Shown: positions 12,967 through 29,672, counted from the first letter of the stretch. The stretch is 64,000 nucleotides of DNA from the human T2T-CHM13v2.0 reference genome, Homo sapiens (GCF_009914755.1 NC_060936.1); one strand, 5' to 3'. Numbers and translations: made by a program. The notes: generated from the sequence alone by a model not told the origin.

Positions 12967-14439
12967 TCTATGTTATAGCCATGGCAGAACACAGAAAGTT
13001 TTTTTTACCTCAGTTGGATTCATTGATGTGCAGAAAGAAGATGCAAGAATTAAGTCAGAAGGTGCTAGTGTTCAATTGGTTCACTGAATCAGGAACTACC
13101 AAGGCAAATTTTGAGATCAAATTTGGAGCCCAGAGAGGCTGGCTGGTCAGTGGAGATGGAGGTCAAAGGCAGTCTGCTTGACTATAAGGGCCAGTGGGCC
13201 AGTGCTGCTGGTATATTTTACAGGCTCCAGACATAATCCCGAGGAAGGATATGTCTCCAAATTTCCAAGGGAAGTGGGGGCATTGGTCTCCTTTCCTTGT
13301 TTTGCATAATTTTTCCTTAGGCTGATTTTGTCTGTTCTTATGTAACCTGAAATATCTTGGTCTCTACAGCCTGTGATGCGAATGAAGATACATTAATGTT
13401 TAATGTTCAAAATATAATAGCGTTTTATCTCCTTTTTGTTCAGGTAGGACTTTCTTCCCTCAAAGTTTTTCCACAGCTACCTGGGGAAATCCACTTATCT
13501 TTTCTGTCTCTGGCCTCTTCCTCATCAAGCCTCTCACCTTTTGTTGCCCTTCAAGGGAGTCCTGTTCTGTGGTACATTCGTCCCCTCAGGGAGCCAAAGC
13601 TGCTCTGTTGTCTATGGAAGAGGGAGAAGAGGGAATGAGCCTCTGCCCAGCCCTGTGCTGATTGTGTGCTCTGGGCCTCACTGGCTCTTTTACGGCCTTT
13701 TATGACATTGCTCCCTCACCATCTAGCCCTGACCCTTTTGTCCATCCATTTGTTATAATTTTTAAAAATTAGTTTGGTTGAATGAGTGAAAAAGTGGAGG
13801 CAATGGAGGAAACAGATGTCATCCTATCTCCTTGATTCATTCATTCAGTGATTCAAACAGTTACACTGATACCTCATATGTGTATATAAATTAGCTTTTA
13901 GGTCTAAATACGGAAGGACTGGTATGCAGGCTCTAGAAACATGGTTACCATGTAACACTTCCCTTCCCATACGAAGGAATGGTTGTCTTTGCAGATGCCT
14001 AAGATTCTTGACCTGCATATGCAGAAACATTTCTCAAGGCCTCCTGGCACTGAACAAGTGGAATTAAAAAACTATTCATCATCGTGGATACATTTTAATC
14101 ACGATTAATGATTTTAGACCTTAATGTCAACCATTTCCAATAAAAAAGAAAAATGAGAAGTTAATTCTGATCTCAATTTCGACCAGGCTTCATTATTTTA
14201 GAAAAAATATATGATGTTATAGTTTTATAATCTCTGCTCCTACAGGGAGCTGGTTTCCTCACTCAGCTTTAAATATGACTCCAACGCGTACTCAGATCCT
14301 ATCTCCAGTTTTTTACCTTCCCTTTTGAGCTTGAGGCTCAGGTTTCCAAATGGAAACTTCAACCTCAACATGTCTTCTGTAGGAGAAACAGCACAGGTTT
14401 TTTTCTGTCAGAATGAAATACATTTGAAATTTGGTAGAC

Positions 14440-15960
14440 AGACATATTGTCTTTTCATTTCCAGGATCTCTTCTCTTATGTTTGTTGAATTAACTAGAAC
14501 TTCCAGAATAAAATGGAATAGTGGCATTCTTTCTGGCTTTTATTGATAATTCTATTAGTGCTTCACTCTTAGCACTAAGAGTCCTATTTTGTGCTAGTAA
14601 TATTTTGGTTATTGGCTAAAATTAATATTTTTAAATAATGCTAAAAAGAGCTTTTCTAATTTATTGACTTAAAAAAATCTGTAATGAATGTTAAAAAATG
14701 TTTGAAATGTCTTTTTGGCCATTGAGCACTATGATCATGTTTTTTCTCATTTAATTTATGGATATATTAAATTATATTTATATACTTCCTAATGTTAAAC
14801 TGTCCTTGCATTCCTGGGAAAAAGACAGTATTATTACAGTTCATTATTTTGTTAGTATATTGTTAGAGTAAATGTATTAGTATTTTATGTATTTTATTTA
14901 AGGTGTCTGCATTTGTATTTGTGAAATGACTGGTCTGTGTTTTTATGTGTAGTTGTTTTTCAGACGGTTATCAAAGTTAAAATAGTTTTATAACATTATT
15001 TGAGAGGATATCTGTTTCTCTCTGTATTTGGAAACATTTAAAATGGCATAGGAATGATCAGTTCTTTGAGATTTAAAATATTTTGTTTATGAACTCATTT
15101 GAGCCTGACACTTTTATATGAAACAATTTTTGGGTAACATTTCCAGTTTCTTTGAACATTATTATTTCTGTGTTTAGGTTCCTGCTTTTTGAGTCAGTTT
15201 GCTGATTTTGTATTTTCATCCCTAATGACTAATGACGTTGAACATCTTTTCATGTGCTTATTGGCTATTTGTGTCTTTTCTGGAGAAATGTGTATTCACA
15301 TTCTTTGCCCATATTTAAAAGGAGTTATTTTCCTTTTTATTATTGAGTTATAAAAATTCTCAGTTATAACAGTGTATATAAGTGCTGAATACAAGTCTTT
15401 TATCAGATACATGATTTGAAAACATTTTCTCCCATTCTGTAGGCTGTCTTTTCACTTTCTTAATGGTATCCTTTGAAACACAAATGCTTTTGATTTTGAT
15501 GAAGTCCACCTTATCTACTTTTTCCTTTGTCAGTGTGCTTTCGGTGTTCCAGAACACTTTAAGTGAAAGCGTAATAATAATAATAGTTCTGATATGGCAA
15601 AACAGAATGTTCCAGAGTGCTTAAAATGAAAGAAAGAGGAGGAGGAGTAGTAATCACAATCATAATCATAATCAATGTCTAACATTTATTGACTGCTTAC
15701 TCTGTTCCAAACACTAAGCATTTTAAATGCATCATTGCATTGAATCTTCCAAACACCATTGTGTAACTCAAGGTCACAAAGATTTGGTCATATATTTTCT
15801 TCTAAGGGTTTTATAATCTTAGCTCTTACATCTGAATGCATATTTCATTTTAAGTTAATATTTGCCTATGGTGTGAAGTAGGAGTTGAACTTTATTCTTT
15901 TGCATGTAATGTCCAATTGTCCTAGCACCATTTGTAGAAAAGACTATTCTTTCTTTATCA
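14440..15960 (-). mobile_element. Old L1 (L1M) ORF2 fragments
   Basis: ORF 15360-15557(-) resembles L1 ORF2 C-terminus ([19 protein letters not shown]); flanks carry degraded antisense L1 sequence. Confidence 0.75.
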
Positions 15961-16695
15961 ACACTTTAATTTTAATCTTTACATGGGTTTTTACTTAGAG
16001 CTCAGTTAGAGAGTCTTTGCCTTTTAATTTAAAAGGAATTGTAACCCATTTACATGCATTATTATTATTGCTTATGTATTTAGCCCTACTTTTGAAATGT
16101 TATTTAGGTCTGATTTTTATATTTCTCTTTTGTTTTATGTGTTATCTCTCTGCATATAACCTTTTTAAAAAGTGGTTGCCTTTCCATCAGCTTCACAGAA
16201 TATGGTTTTTCTATTTTATTTCTTCTTGCTGATAAAAAGAAACTCTCAATAATATTTATTTCATAAACCACATATACCAATATTCTTATTATTTGAGAGT
16301 CACACTTCAGCTGAATTAGGGTAGCTGTGTAATTCATCAGCATAAATGCAGATGATTATGGTATGAACCTTTTAGGGAAAATGAAATGTGGTAGATATTC
16401 AAAAGGTTCAATTTAAAAATGTACTACCTCATATTCATGTATGATAATAATGATAAACATATAAGATACACAAATATAATGCCATTGGTGATCACGATTA
16501 ACCTTATTTAGTAGGCATCTTTTACTTTTGCAAAATCATTAAATAGTTGAAATATATATGTATATATTTGAGCCTCTGAGGCTTGAAAAACTGCATATAA
16601 AAATATAACATTGTTTAACATCACTAGAATTCTATAAACGTAAATAGAGTTCAAGCTCTTGACATATATTTTTCTATTTTCATATTTCATTATAG

Positions 16696-16872
16696 GAAGC
16701 ATATTCCTTAATTCAGAGGATTGAAGCTGAACAAAATGCCCTATATTCCTATCAGAAATATTTGGAAAGTTCAAAAAGAAAGAAAAGCAGAGTCCCCCCT
16801 CCACCTATCCTGCTGTCTCGAACTCATTGTTCTGTGACACTCAAACCTGCTCCATTTACTTCAGAGGTTAAG
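16696..16872 (+). CDS. CFAP54: CFAP54 exon C (EAYSLIQRIEAEQNALYSYQKYLESSKRKKSRVPPPPILLSRTHCSVTLKPAPFTSEVK)
   Basis: ttcattatag|GAA acceptor, AAG|GTATGG donor; 177 nt, phase 0-0; overlaps ORF 16762-16959. Confidence 0.92.
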
Positions 16873-17639
16873 GTATGGTGTCCAGTAAAATTTTTGCCTC
16901 ATGCAAAGCAACATAAGTACTTTTATAACTACCATGATTCATACTTTGATTGCTTTTAGGAACTGGATAGTCTTATTCATAAGCACTGAACACTGGATTA
17001 ATATTCCAATGTCTTATCTATACTTAGTTTCTCCATGACTTGTTGCCCCTTATGCTGTTATATTTATGATATGCTCTGTATTGCATTGCTATACCCAAAT
17101 ATATTGTTAGGAGAAACAGTAGAGAAGCACCTCCTTGTAAGTATCCTTGTCACCATGACACACCATATGCTGACATCCTCGTGTGCTCAAGATGGAAGTC
17201 TCACTTGAAGTGGAATCAGACATTTGAAGAGGGTAGAAGTTACTTCAGAGCCAGTGATGGTATGAGGCAGCAGAGTGTGTAAAATTTAGGGGTGATGAGT
17301 CTAGAGGTTCTGCCCAAAGTCCTTCCAAGTAACTGTAGATTCTTTCAACACAAGCAAAGGACAATTCCAACCATATTATAAACCATACATCTTTGTGTAT
17401 TTATTGGAAGGTGAGCTTTTTCTCCCATCCCTGATGCCTCAGAACTTGGCCTATATGTGACTAAAACTTGAGATTCAGTTTCTTCACAAGAATTTGGTTC
17501 TACCTAATTTATATTTTACAAACTACACTTTCCTCTTTGGGATGATCAACAACATGCTCTTTGATGTTACATAAAAATAAAGTTTTATCTTTGTATCTTT
17601 GATTCTCTTTAGGATGTTCTGCTTGAAGTTATGTCAACT

Positions 17640-17830
17640 TGGTATAGTAGAGAGAACATAGGCTTTGGAGTCAGACAGATTTAGGTTTATAATTCTAGCT
17701 CCAACCTTTCCTGGAAGTCTGACCTTAAGAAAGCTAAATACATTTCCTGAGTTTTTTTTTTTCATTTGGAAAGTGTGTTTATTGTGAAAATTAAATGAGA
17801 TAATATATAATATTCTTGGCATATTAGCTG
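17640..17830 (+). mobile_element. MIR SINE
   Basis: ggctttggagtcagacagatttaggttt...tgaccttaagaaag...attaaatgagataat. Confidence 0.75.
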
Positions 17831-17889
17831 ATATCTTTCCACTTCTTGTATTAAATGTTAAGTAGTAAAGCTTACTCAAAACAAGTAAT

Positions 17890-18188
<299 letters not shown>

Positions 18189-19374
18189 ATGAAATGATAG
18201 ACTGTGATTACATTATTTGGTAATATTTTTTGTGGATTCTGTCCAATGAGCATTTATTGAGTGCCTGTAATCTGTCAAGCTCTGTGCGAGGTAATTGAGG
18301 TATAAAGATAAATATGGATTAAATGTGCTTGCATACTTTGAGCAGCTTCAGGAATGGCAAATGGACATCAGTGAGAACTGATGACAACCTTCATAGTGCT
18401 TTATAATTGTGAGAGGAGGGGAATAGAAGTGACATTCATCTTATACCTAACTGTGCTATGACAGATGCATTACTGCTGTTGATACTGGTTTTAAAGTTAA
18501 ACTTTGGATTTTTGGAATCTGTTTAAGAATAGAGCTTCACTGATTTTGGAAAATTAGTGCAGAACTAAGACCACGTGCTTTACTAAGAGTTTTTGTTTGC
18601 TTTTGTTCAAATATTTGGGTTTCTTTAACCAAAATCTTATTCTGTATGTACTTTAATTTAATGATTAGTTTATTTCATTTCATAATTCTTGGAAATAGGA
18701 AGATATAAGAGTCTCATATTTGGCCTATAGTTTTAGGACTCATCAATGAGGACGTTATAGGAAGTTTATGTGTATTACGTTCATTTAGAGAGTTCCAGGA
18801 AATTATCACCATCTGTTACCTTCTCATCAGCACTAGATGGTGCTATGGGCTTAAATAAGTTTTCTGGGTTGAGGCTTCAGCCATCTTTTGTTTTCTCAAA
18901 ATCTCTTGTTGAGGCATTCATTTCATTAAAATCTACTTTTGTAGTTGAAAATGCTAATGTTATTTATATTACGTATAAACTGTTCTAAAGTTAGTACTGA
19001 TTTGTTCATGATGTCTCTACCCTTATGTAGATTCTAATTACACATTGTTTCTTAGAGTTACATAAACTGATATGTCTTCATCTGTGGAACAAAATAAAAA
19101 TATAAAGCCTGCTTGTAAAAATGCTTTTAGAGAGAATTTTACCCTCCAAATTCTGGTTTATATAATAGAACTTGGAGCAATAGTGATATAAATCATAGAA
19201 CATAGTCTTTCTGCCTTTTTTCTTCTTTGAAAAATAGTATCTTTTTGCATGGGAAATCAAAGGAAGTTAGTTTTGCATTTTTTTTTTCTGAGATTCATCT
19301 GATTTTTTTTTTCTACCCTATTCTCCAGCTTCAGGTTCCTTCTGTGTTCTCTTTGTCCTGTTCTGCCTTTGACT

Positions 19375-19578
19375 AGTGCTTTTTAATCAGTTGTGCATAT
19401 CACAGTCACCTGAGAAATGTTCTTTGGAAAGACAAAGATGCGGAAACTTGCATCAGAAATTCTAATTCATTGAAGCTAGACAGGCTTGGGTATCTGTAAT
19501 TTACAAAAATGGTTCATTCTGTACAAATTTGTATTTTAAAGAAGTAATTCTGGAGCACAGTCAGTGTTGAGAACCACT
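19375..19578. mobile_element. MER5-like DNA transposon remnant
   Basis: Ends in gttgagaaccact; internal catcagaaattctaattcattg. Confidence 0.6.
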
Positions 19579-20708
19579 TGTGTCAATTGGACATAGTTAG
19601 TATTTTTCTGTTGACCTGAAGGAAGGAGTAGCAGGCACAAGCTGTAAGACGTAGTTGTATTTAGAGACAATTGTATTTTTTTTAGAGGCAATTGTATTTT
19701 TCCTTCTTTCTAGCTTGCCTTGTAGTTTAGGAGTTGCCTCTGGGAAGAAGGTAATGACACAGTCATGACCCCTATAACCCTCAGCAGTATGGCTTGTTCA
19801 TAATACTACCCCGTCAGGTGTCACCTAGCTCCCTTTTTCTCTGTAGGGAGAATAGTTCATTCCAATAATGAATCTTCATTATCTTGACACCTCGGCGAAA
19901 GGATCATTGTCTAACTATTTAATCAAGGTTAAATTTTGTTGTTTCTGTGGGATTTATATTTTATGTTTGATTTATGTCTAATGTTTATATTTAAAATATA
20001 AAATTAAACTAAATATAAAAATTATCAAAGTAATATCATGTTTCAGAAAATGTATAAATTGGAGAAAAAAATTGGCCCATTATTTACCTATCATCTTACC
20101 ATTTTATCATCCAAATCCTACTGCTGTTCTTATTTAGGGGTGTTTTCTTCTAGGCTTTTTCATATGTATTTTTATATTTTATTTAAAATAATATATTTTA
20201 GTATCTTGCTTCTCTTTCCACTTGCTTTTTTTGTCATACATTATCATGTAAAATATGAAAATCACTTGAGTGTTAATCTTTTTTTTTACATCAAGACAAA
20301 GTCATTTTAGGAGTCAACCCTGCCACTATCTGTCTGATCTTAGGCAAAGTTATTTAACATCTCTGCATCTCCATTTCCTGTGAAGCAAAATGACAATAGT
20401 AATCCCATCTCATAGAGTTGTGCATATTAGAAAATATCTGTAAATTTCCTAACAGTACTTAGCAGTAGGAACTGTTCAATTAATGGTGGTTAAAATAATT
20501 AATAATGAATAATATCTTAGTCTTAATTGCCTCAGTAAACTAGCTAAGGTTACTTTTACTCTTTAAAGATTAAACCTAAGTATATTTGTAAACTTGGATT
20601 TCATGTTTTAAAACCTGAATCATTACATTTTTATTTAGAAAAGTATTTTTTTTGTTACATTGATATAAAAGAATGCCTTTTAAACAGGCTCATTTTTCTC
20701 GTCGGCAG

Positions 20709-20801
20709 GTCTCCTGGTACTGCATTTTGGGTTGCAAAGCAGAAGGAAGTTATGGAAAAGTACGGCTAAACAATAATCATCTCCCAAATTCAGGAGAAGC
20801 G
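20709..20801 (+). CDS. CFAP54: CFAP54 exon D (VSWYCILGCKAEGSYGKVRLNNNHLPNSGEA)
   Basis: ttttctcgtcggcag|GTC acceptor, GCG|GTACAT donor; 93 nt, phase 0-0. Confidence 0.9.
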
Positions 20802-21031
20802 GTACATCAAATTAAACATCAGGAAATCTTACTGAAGCCTTTAATGATAATTAAATTTTTAAATGAAGTCATTGTTTTGGTGAATCTCTCTAATTTCCAC
20901 CTGAATCATAACTAAAATCCAACAATGAAAGAAAAAGGTTTTTTTTTAATAGAAGGTTTACTTAATTGTATTTTAAAAGTCATGTTATTTTAATTTTTCA
21001 TGTATAACTTGAAATATATTTTTCTTAATAG

Positions 21032-21217
21032 ATACCAGCTGACGGTAAAAGTGTTTTTGAAGTGAAAGGTTTAGAAACCAATGAAAAGTATGTATTTGCA
21101 GTTGCTGCCTATTCTAACAACGGAAAGCTTGTCGGTGGTGCTATTGGGGAGACAACTAAACCAATTCTGGTTTATCCCCCTCTTTCTACTATTACTGCTC
21201 GGATGTTCCTGACACAG
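21032..21217 (+). CDS. CFAP54: CFAP54 exon E (IPADGKSVFEVKGLETNEKYVFAVAAYSNNGKLVGGAIGETTKPILVYPPLSTITARMFLTQ)
   Basis: tttcttaatag|ATA acceptor, CAG|GTAGAA donor; 186 nt, phase 0-0. Confidence 0.92.
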
Positions 21218-21533
21218 GTAGAAAAGATTTCTGCTAATTTTTTCCACTGTGTTTTTTTTTCCATTAAGCAGTTATGAAGTAATTTCTGATGGAAATAAAA
21301 ATCACAGCAGATATTCTAAAGCTCCTATAACACATATTATCCATTACTACAGTTTTGTCTCATAAAATATGAATCATTCCTTCTCTTATTAGTAAATTTG
21401 CTTTTTGACAATAACATTTTTTCCCCTGGATTACAAATGTAACACATATATATTAATTTTAGAAATGCTGGAAAACACTGAAATGCATAAAGAAGAAAAT
21501 AAATGTTATCTGTTATCCTATCATCCAGAGTAG

Positions 21534-21728
21534 CAGAGTTCTTACCCTGGGGCAATTTTGTCAATGTCTAGAGAAATTTTCAGTTGTCACAAACTAGAGG
21601 GGTGCTACTGGCATCTAGTGAGTAGAGGCCAGGGAGGCTGATTAACATCCTACAATGTACCGGATAGCCCGCATAGCAAAGAATTATCCAGCATAAAATG
21701 TCAGTGGTGTCAAGATTGAGAAACCCTA
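21534..21728 (+). mobile_element. MER20 hAT DNA transposon
   Basis: ggggcaattttg...gtgctactggcatctagtgagtagaggccagg...aaaatgtcagtggtgtcaagattgagaaaccct. Confidence 0.85.
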
Positions 21729-22149
21729 ATCCAGAGATATCCTTTTATTTTTGTGTATCTATCTGCCTATTTATCTATCTAATTAATATATATATATATA
21801 TACATGCACACACACGTGTATATGAATTTATGTACAATATATAATTTAAATCATAGTATACATATTATTTTACATCCTGATATTTTCACTTAACATATAA
21901 TTGACATTGCTGTATTCCATTAAGTATTCTTCCAAAACATAATTTTTAATGGTTCCATGGCATTGAATCTTATGGATATATAATAGTTTGTTAGTAATTC
22001 TCCATTGCTAAACATCTAGATACTTTCCAGTCTTTTGCTATTATAAACAAAGCTATGATGCCCAACTTTGTATATAAATCTTTACCTACATCCATGATTA
22101 CTTTCTTAGGGTAAATTTATAAAAGTAAAACTTCTGGATCAGTAGAGGC

Positions 22150-22330
22150 AGAGAGACCTGAGTTCAAATTCCAGCTTCTCACACTATCACAGCCATGTGA
22201 TAGTGGACAAGTAATTTTCATCTGTGAAGCAAGAGTAGCAGTAGTAGCTACTTCCCAGAGGTATTATGAGTATTAAATGGAATTATGCCTGTCAAATATT
22301 ATCACACAGTAGGCATTGAATAAATAGTAT
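22150..22330 (+). mobile_element. MIR SINE
   Basis: agacctgagttcaaattccagct...catctgtgaa...attaaatgg...aataaatag. Confidence 0.7.
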
Positions 22331-24294
22331 TGTTTTTAGTTAGGGATATACTCATGAATTAATGTTTTTTGTCGAAATAGTTGTTGCCTGACTTAAAACA
22401 TGTCACCAGTGAAGAGGATGCTAGGAAGAGTGACTCATTGACATAGGTCTCAAGTATCTAATTTTAAGCCTATTCTTGACTGTAGAGCTGATGGCTTTTC
22501 TAAATTTTGTCATATTTCTATTCTATTTTCTCTTAATAGTTGATTAGTAATATAAGATAAGATCTTAGTGGCATTTTATATAGCATATTTTTCAAAGAAA
22601 ATTAAATTGAGAGAATTACTAGGATTTGTCTAGTATTGGTTTAGCGTGTCATACTGGCTCATGGTTTTCTGATGTTTTGGTATCTTTGGAATCTAATATA
22701 TTCCCTAATTTGCAGTGATGGAGTTATTGTGAGGAACTGAATATTTCATCAAGGCCTAATTTTTCTCCAGGGAGTGGTTTGACTCTTGGGCTTAATTTGG
22801 TAGAACTTTCATTGAAAGTTAATAAAACTAAGTCAGAGCTATACTGCTGGGATAATGAGTAGTGTCATGAAGTAATGACCTGTGTTTCTTTACTGACACT
22901 ATATTTGCAGTTCTGTAGTTTATTTATGATGGTTTATGTGCATTCTGTCTCATAATGTTAAGAGGCTAAAGCAAAGCTTTCTCACTTATTAAACCTCCTT
23001 AATTTATAACTTAAGTTTAAGCTTTTAAGTTTCAGCAAGTTAATGTACCTCTATTTTGTAAGTGCAATCTAATTTTCATGAGAGTGGTTAGTTTCTAGTT
23101 TCAGGACAGTTCTTTTCTTTAAAACATATTATTATAAATATTTGATAGTAAAGCATGGAGACGTTTCACTAAATGCCTGTGATTAACTTGGCTTTTGGGA
23201 CTTTAGGTTGTACTTTTTACTCAGCATTATTCTGTAAATATTAATAAAATCAAGTGAATCTCTACTAGGCTTTCCCTAAATGTAGAAGGCTATTAGTTTA
23301 GTGTATCTGGAAATTTTTTTTTGAGGAAACTTTTTGAATTATCTATTTTCTGTGGCTATTTTCTCTTCTTTTTAGACTATTTCTTTTTATTCCTCCTCGT
23401 TAAGTAGAAAATGACTAGATAATATCATATAAATGTAGAAGAGTAGAAATCTGTGAGCAGGATTCTGATCTTGACCTTGGAGACTGATTTTAGGCAAATT
23501 GGTCTCAATTTTCCTATCTGTAAAATGGATGTAAGACAAAATGCCATATTTGAGTGAATTGTTGAACTACCAAATCAAGTAGTGAGTGGGCACAATGGCT
23601 TACTGAGATAAGAAAAGGAGGAATATCGTTTATTTAAGAACTACTGTGTACCAGGCATTTAAAACTTATTATTCCACTTATTATAATAACTCCATGAGGT
23701 AGTATGATTACTTTTCTTTTATAGTTGAAGGAACAGATTAATTTAATCCTTCCTCTGCCAAACCCACTGTATCCCTAAAAGGGTGTCTCAGGGAGGTTAA
23801 GAAATGTACCCAAGGTTGCTCAGGTAGCAGATGTCAAGCCTGACACTTGGACCAGCTCATGCCTTTGGACTGCTCTGTCCAGGTTCCAGGAAGTCATGTA
23901 TTGGACACCTAACATGTGCCAAGTCTTCTAGAGCCTGCATCTCTCCAATCTATTAAGTGACCCTCTGCTCCTTAGAGAGCTCCTCTTCTCTTTAACCCTC
24001 TTCCTTCCCTTTCACTGTCTTTACCTCTTCCTCTATCAATTTTCTTTTTATTCTCTCCCTGTGTTGGTGTTAATCAGCAGGTCTTCATGATCTGTATTGG
24101 CAGTAGAGTTTGATGTTGGAACATGAATGCTTTGTCAGCAATCACGATGGTGGCAGGTGAAGGGGAAATGAAGTTCACACGGCTCCCACTTTGTATGTGA
24201 ATTCATTAAAACCCATTATTAATCAAAACTCCTTTTATTAATAATGGTTTGTCTTTTGTCTATTTTATTTTTCATTCAAATAAAAAAAAAAATA

Positions 24295-24633
<339 letters not shown>

Positions 24634-25140
24634 CTAACTGAAGATTACCACTCTTTCCACTCATCTATTATTTATGGATGAATCATTTAGTCAATGTTTA
24701 TCTTGTGCCAAGTTATATGCTAGATGTCATCACTTCATCCTTTGAAATATGTTTTTTTTTTTTATCAATCTCATTACGATGACAGTAATACTTGTTTAGA
24801 TAATTCTGACTTATAGTTTCAGTTAAAACCCTGATTGCAAGTCATGGAACCAGCTCAGCTTGGGGTAATGCAGCTAGGCCCTGGGAATGCAGCAGAGTCC
24901 AAGCAGCTCTAGGTCTCATACTTCTGGTTCACCCTGTGCGTCTGCTTTCTTGTATTTTTCTCTAAACATTAGCTTTCATTACTTCTCCATCTTTGGAGGA
25001 AAGGTGGCAGTTCCTGAGTTTTTATATATCCCTCAATTTAAGCTATAAATGGAGATCAGCTGACTGGCCTCTAACTGTGGCTCCAAATTCCTGGGAAAGA
25101 GAATGTGATTGGCCCACCCAGTATAATAAAGAGTCTGATC

Positions 25141-25204
25141 TCTCTCTCTCTCTCTTTTTTTTTTCTTGAAATGATCTTACTCTGTTGCCCAGGCTGGAAT
25201 GCCG
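25141..25204 (-). mobile_element. Severely 5'-truncated Alu (3' end plus tail only)
   Basis: (CT)n/poly-T, then tactctgttgcccaggctggaatgc; flanked by direct repeat ctgatctc (25135, 25205). Confidence 0.7.
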
Positions 25205-25234
25205 CTGATCTCATTTTCGATGTTTGACAACTGA

Positions 25235-26706
<1,472 letters not shown>

Positions 26707-29535
26707 GAAGTGTACCTGGTATGCTTGGTAAACAGCAGGAAGCTTGTGTGACTGGAGCAGAGGGACCCATGGAGAGTAAAAGGGACAGGTCAAAGAGCTA
26801 AGGTGTGAGTGGGTAGATGGGGAGCAGATCATGAAAAGACTTCCAGGGCATTACAGGGACTTTGGCTTTTGACTTGAGTGAAGTGGACAGCGATTGGACA
26901 GTTTGGAGTAGTGGTATGATGTAACGTGACTCCTGTTTTTAAAGGTTCACCCTGGCTGCTACATTGGAAATAGAACGTAAGGGGGTAGAGTGGCAGCACC
27001 ATCCACTGCTGTAACCCAGTGAGAGGTGAAGGTGGCTTGGCCAGTGTGCTAGTAGCTGATGTGGTGAGAAGTAGTCAGTGTTTGGACATGTTTTGAAGGA
27101 GGAGCTAACAAGAGTCCATAAAGAGAAAAATAAAAGATGACCCTAAGGTATTAGCTGACCAATTGAAAGGACAGAGTTGACATCAACTGAGTTGTGGAAG
27201 GCTGTGGGTGGTGGAGGTTCGGGGGAGTGGGAGATCAGTTCAGTTCCAGGCATGTTGAGGTAAGGTGTTTAGTATATATGGAGAGAATTGTTGAGTAGTC
27301 AGTTAGATGTATGAATCTGGAGTTTGGGGAAGGGGTCTGGGCAGGAGAGGGATTTGAGAGTGATAAAACTATAGGACTAGGTGGTATCAATAAGAAATGA
27401 GGGTAGACAGAAAAGAGGAGCAGTTCACAGAGTGAACCCTGGGGCATACCAATATAAAGAGGTTGAGGAAAAGAAGTAAAAGGAAAACCAAGAGTCGAAT
27501 TCTGGAAGCCAAGCGAAGGTCAGGCATCAAAGAGGAGGTATCTACTGTACTTAATTATTTCATTAGTCTTTTAGTGCTTCTTTCTCATTTTCATTCAGCC
27601 CCTCTAAAATCTGTTCTGCACATCACTACCAGGACCAGGTTAACCATTTTTGAACATGCTTATATCATGGCACTCCTCTGTTAAAGAAACCTCACAAAAC
27701 CTCATGATTTTATAAACCTTAATTTTAATCACGGTATCTTTTCCTGTTTTGCAATGTTAACTGATGGAACAAAGGACATTATTTTAAAAGGGATACATTT
27801 TACAAGAAAAGAACAGTTAATTATAGTTTCACCAACCCTCTTACACATCATCTATTGCTTACACACATTATTGCTTTCCATGATAAACCTTAATAATTAT
27901 ATATTTTAATTATATGTATTTATATTTCAGTGACCACTTAGTACAGTTGAGTCATTTGATTAATGTAGCCCAGAAAAGTGACTCATTAACCACTCGAAGA
28001 CTTGGCTTCACTATTTTTACTGACTGTCAGACTCTGTACAAATTATTCTACTTTTCAATGTTCTGGTTTCCTCATTCACAAATAGGGATGGCAACAGAGC
28101 TCACTTCGTAGAACTTTGATGAAGAATAAATACAGCAATGCACATAAAGTGCTTAGTTCAGTACTTGACACCTTTAAATTCTTCCATCTGATTTTCAAGG
28201 CCTTCTGAAATCATGTCTCACTTGAACTTGTCCAATCTTATTACCCACTTGTTTCTTTTCATTTTTTTTTCATCTCAGACCTTGCAGGGATGAAATGTCT
28301 ACTTTTTTTCTTTTTTCAAACTCTGACCTGCCTCTCCAGTCTCTCTTAAATGTATTTTAGAGTCATTTCCATTACTGGACCTTTTGGAGATTCTGTTTTA
28401 ACTGTGCCGATCTGAATCTTATCTCTGCCTTAGGGTTCAACTCAAGCCCTGCCTTTTCCTTGAAATCTTCATGTCTCCTTTTCTAAAGCCTCTGCAATTA
28501 TTATGTTATTCTTTGTAGTTTTTCTGTGATGTTATGGGTTTTATGCCTTTAACCTAATTCCAGTTTCATAGAGTTTGATACCATCTCTATCTAAACTTTG
28601 AAGAGTCTATCTCTACAGTGCCTAACACAGACTAGAAACTTCATAAAAGCTTACTGGTTGGAGATCATGAGTATTCATTGGCAGATTCGAGAGTTCTGGC
28701 CCTCTAAGTTATTCCCTGGAGTGGAGAATATTCTAGTAACTTGTCATTCACTTACTTCATTCCATGAATGCATTTATACTTCATACCTTAGCTTCCATAA
28801 AGGATTTGAAGCAGTGTAGAACTCATTTGGTGAGATTTTATATTGTTATTTACATATTTAATGGAGTGCTTTTTAGGAACGTCTTTAAAGAAATATATTC
28901 TACCATAAAAAATAGGTAAGTCAGTTTTTTTCTTTTGAACTTCTAGGCTTCACCAGTGAAATTATTTATTTTGCCTAATGTTAAATTTGTTAAACTTAAA
29001 ACATATAATGTCTTCTTGGAAAGCTTCTCTGTTTTATTCTATACTCTTTTCAGCTCGTGAACTTTTTGTTGCACAGAAGCTCTGAAAGTATCAGTCAGAA
29101 CCAGAAAAGAATGAAGTATTTTTCACATATTGGGTTTGGGAAATCTGATTGTTTCTCTTGGAACAGATTGTTCATTATAACAGTATCTATAATAAATGGA
29201 GTGCACTGCTGAGATAGATGGAAATGAAATTAATTTGGCTCAGATGTGATCTTTGTTTTGCTTATAAGGATTTGAAACATCCTTACAGAGTTTCAAATTT
29301 CCATGCAATTTAGAAATAAAAGAGATTTCAAAAATGTATCTGTCTCCCTTGCCATTGGCCGTTACCTGACTATGGCACTATAGAACAGAACAGCAAATGT
29401 GAATGATTGTATCTGAAATGAGCGTGTGATAGCACCTTATAAAATGCTGTCATAGATTGTATATTTTAAGAATTATTGTTTAAAACATTCATTCACGAAT
29501 AAAACTATTACATAAATATGTGCTTTTTGTTATAG

Positions 29536-29672
29536 GTTGCCTATCAAGTTGGTAACTATGAATTGGCTAAGAAAGTTTTCTCACCAGTTTGGGATTATTT
29601 TGTTGCTTCGCCACTTCAGGATGAACAATCTGTTATTTGTTTAAGCAATATAATTACTATTACACAAAGAAG
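29536..29672 (+). CDS. CFAP54: CFAP54 exon F (VAYQVGNYELAKKVFSPVWDYFVASPLQDEQSVICLSNIITITQR)
   Basis: tttttgttatag|GTT acceptor, AAG|GTAATT donor; 137 nt, phase 0 to 2. Confidence 0.9.

Noticed and set aside
19661-19702. 21-bp tandem duplication (ttagag(a/g)caattgtattttt x2)
   Set aside because: Ordinary slippage-type micro-duplication with no further structure
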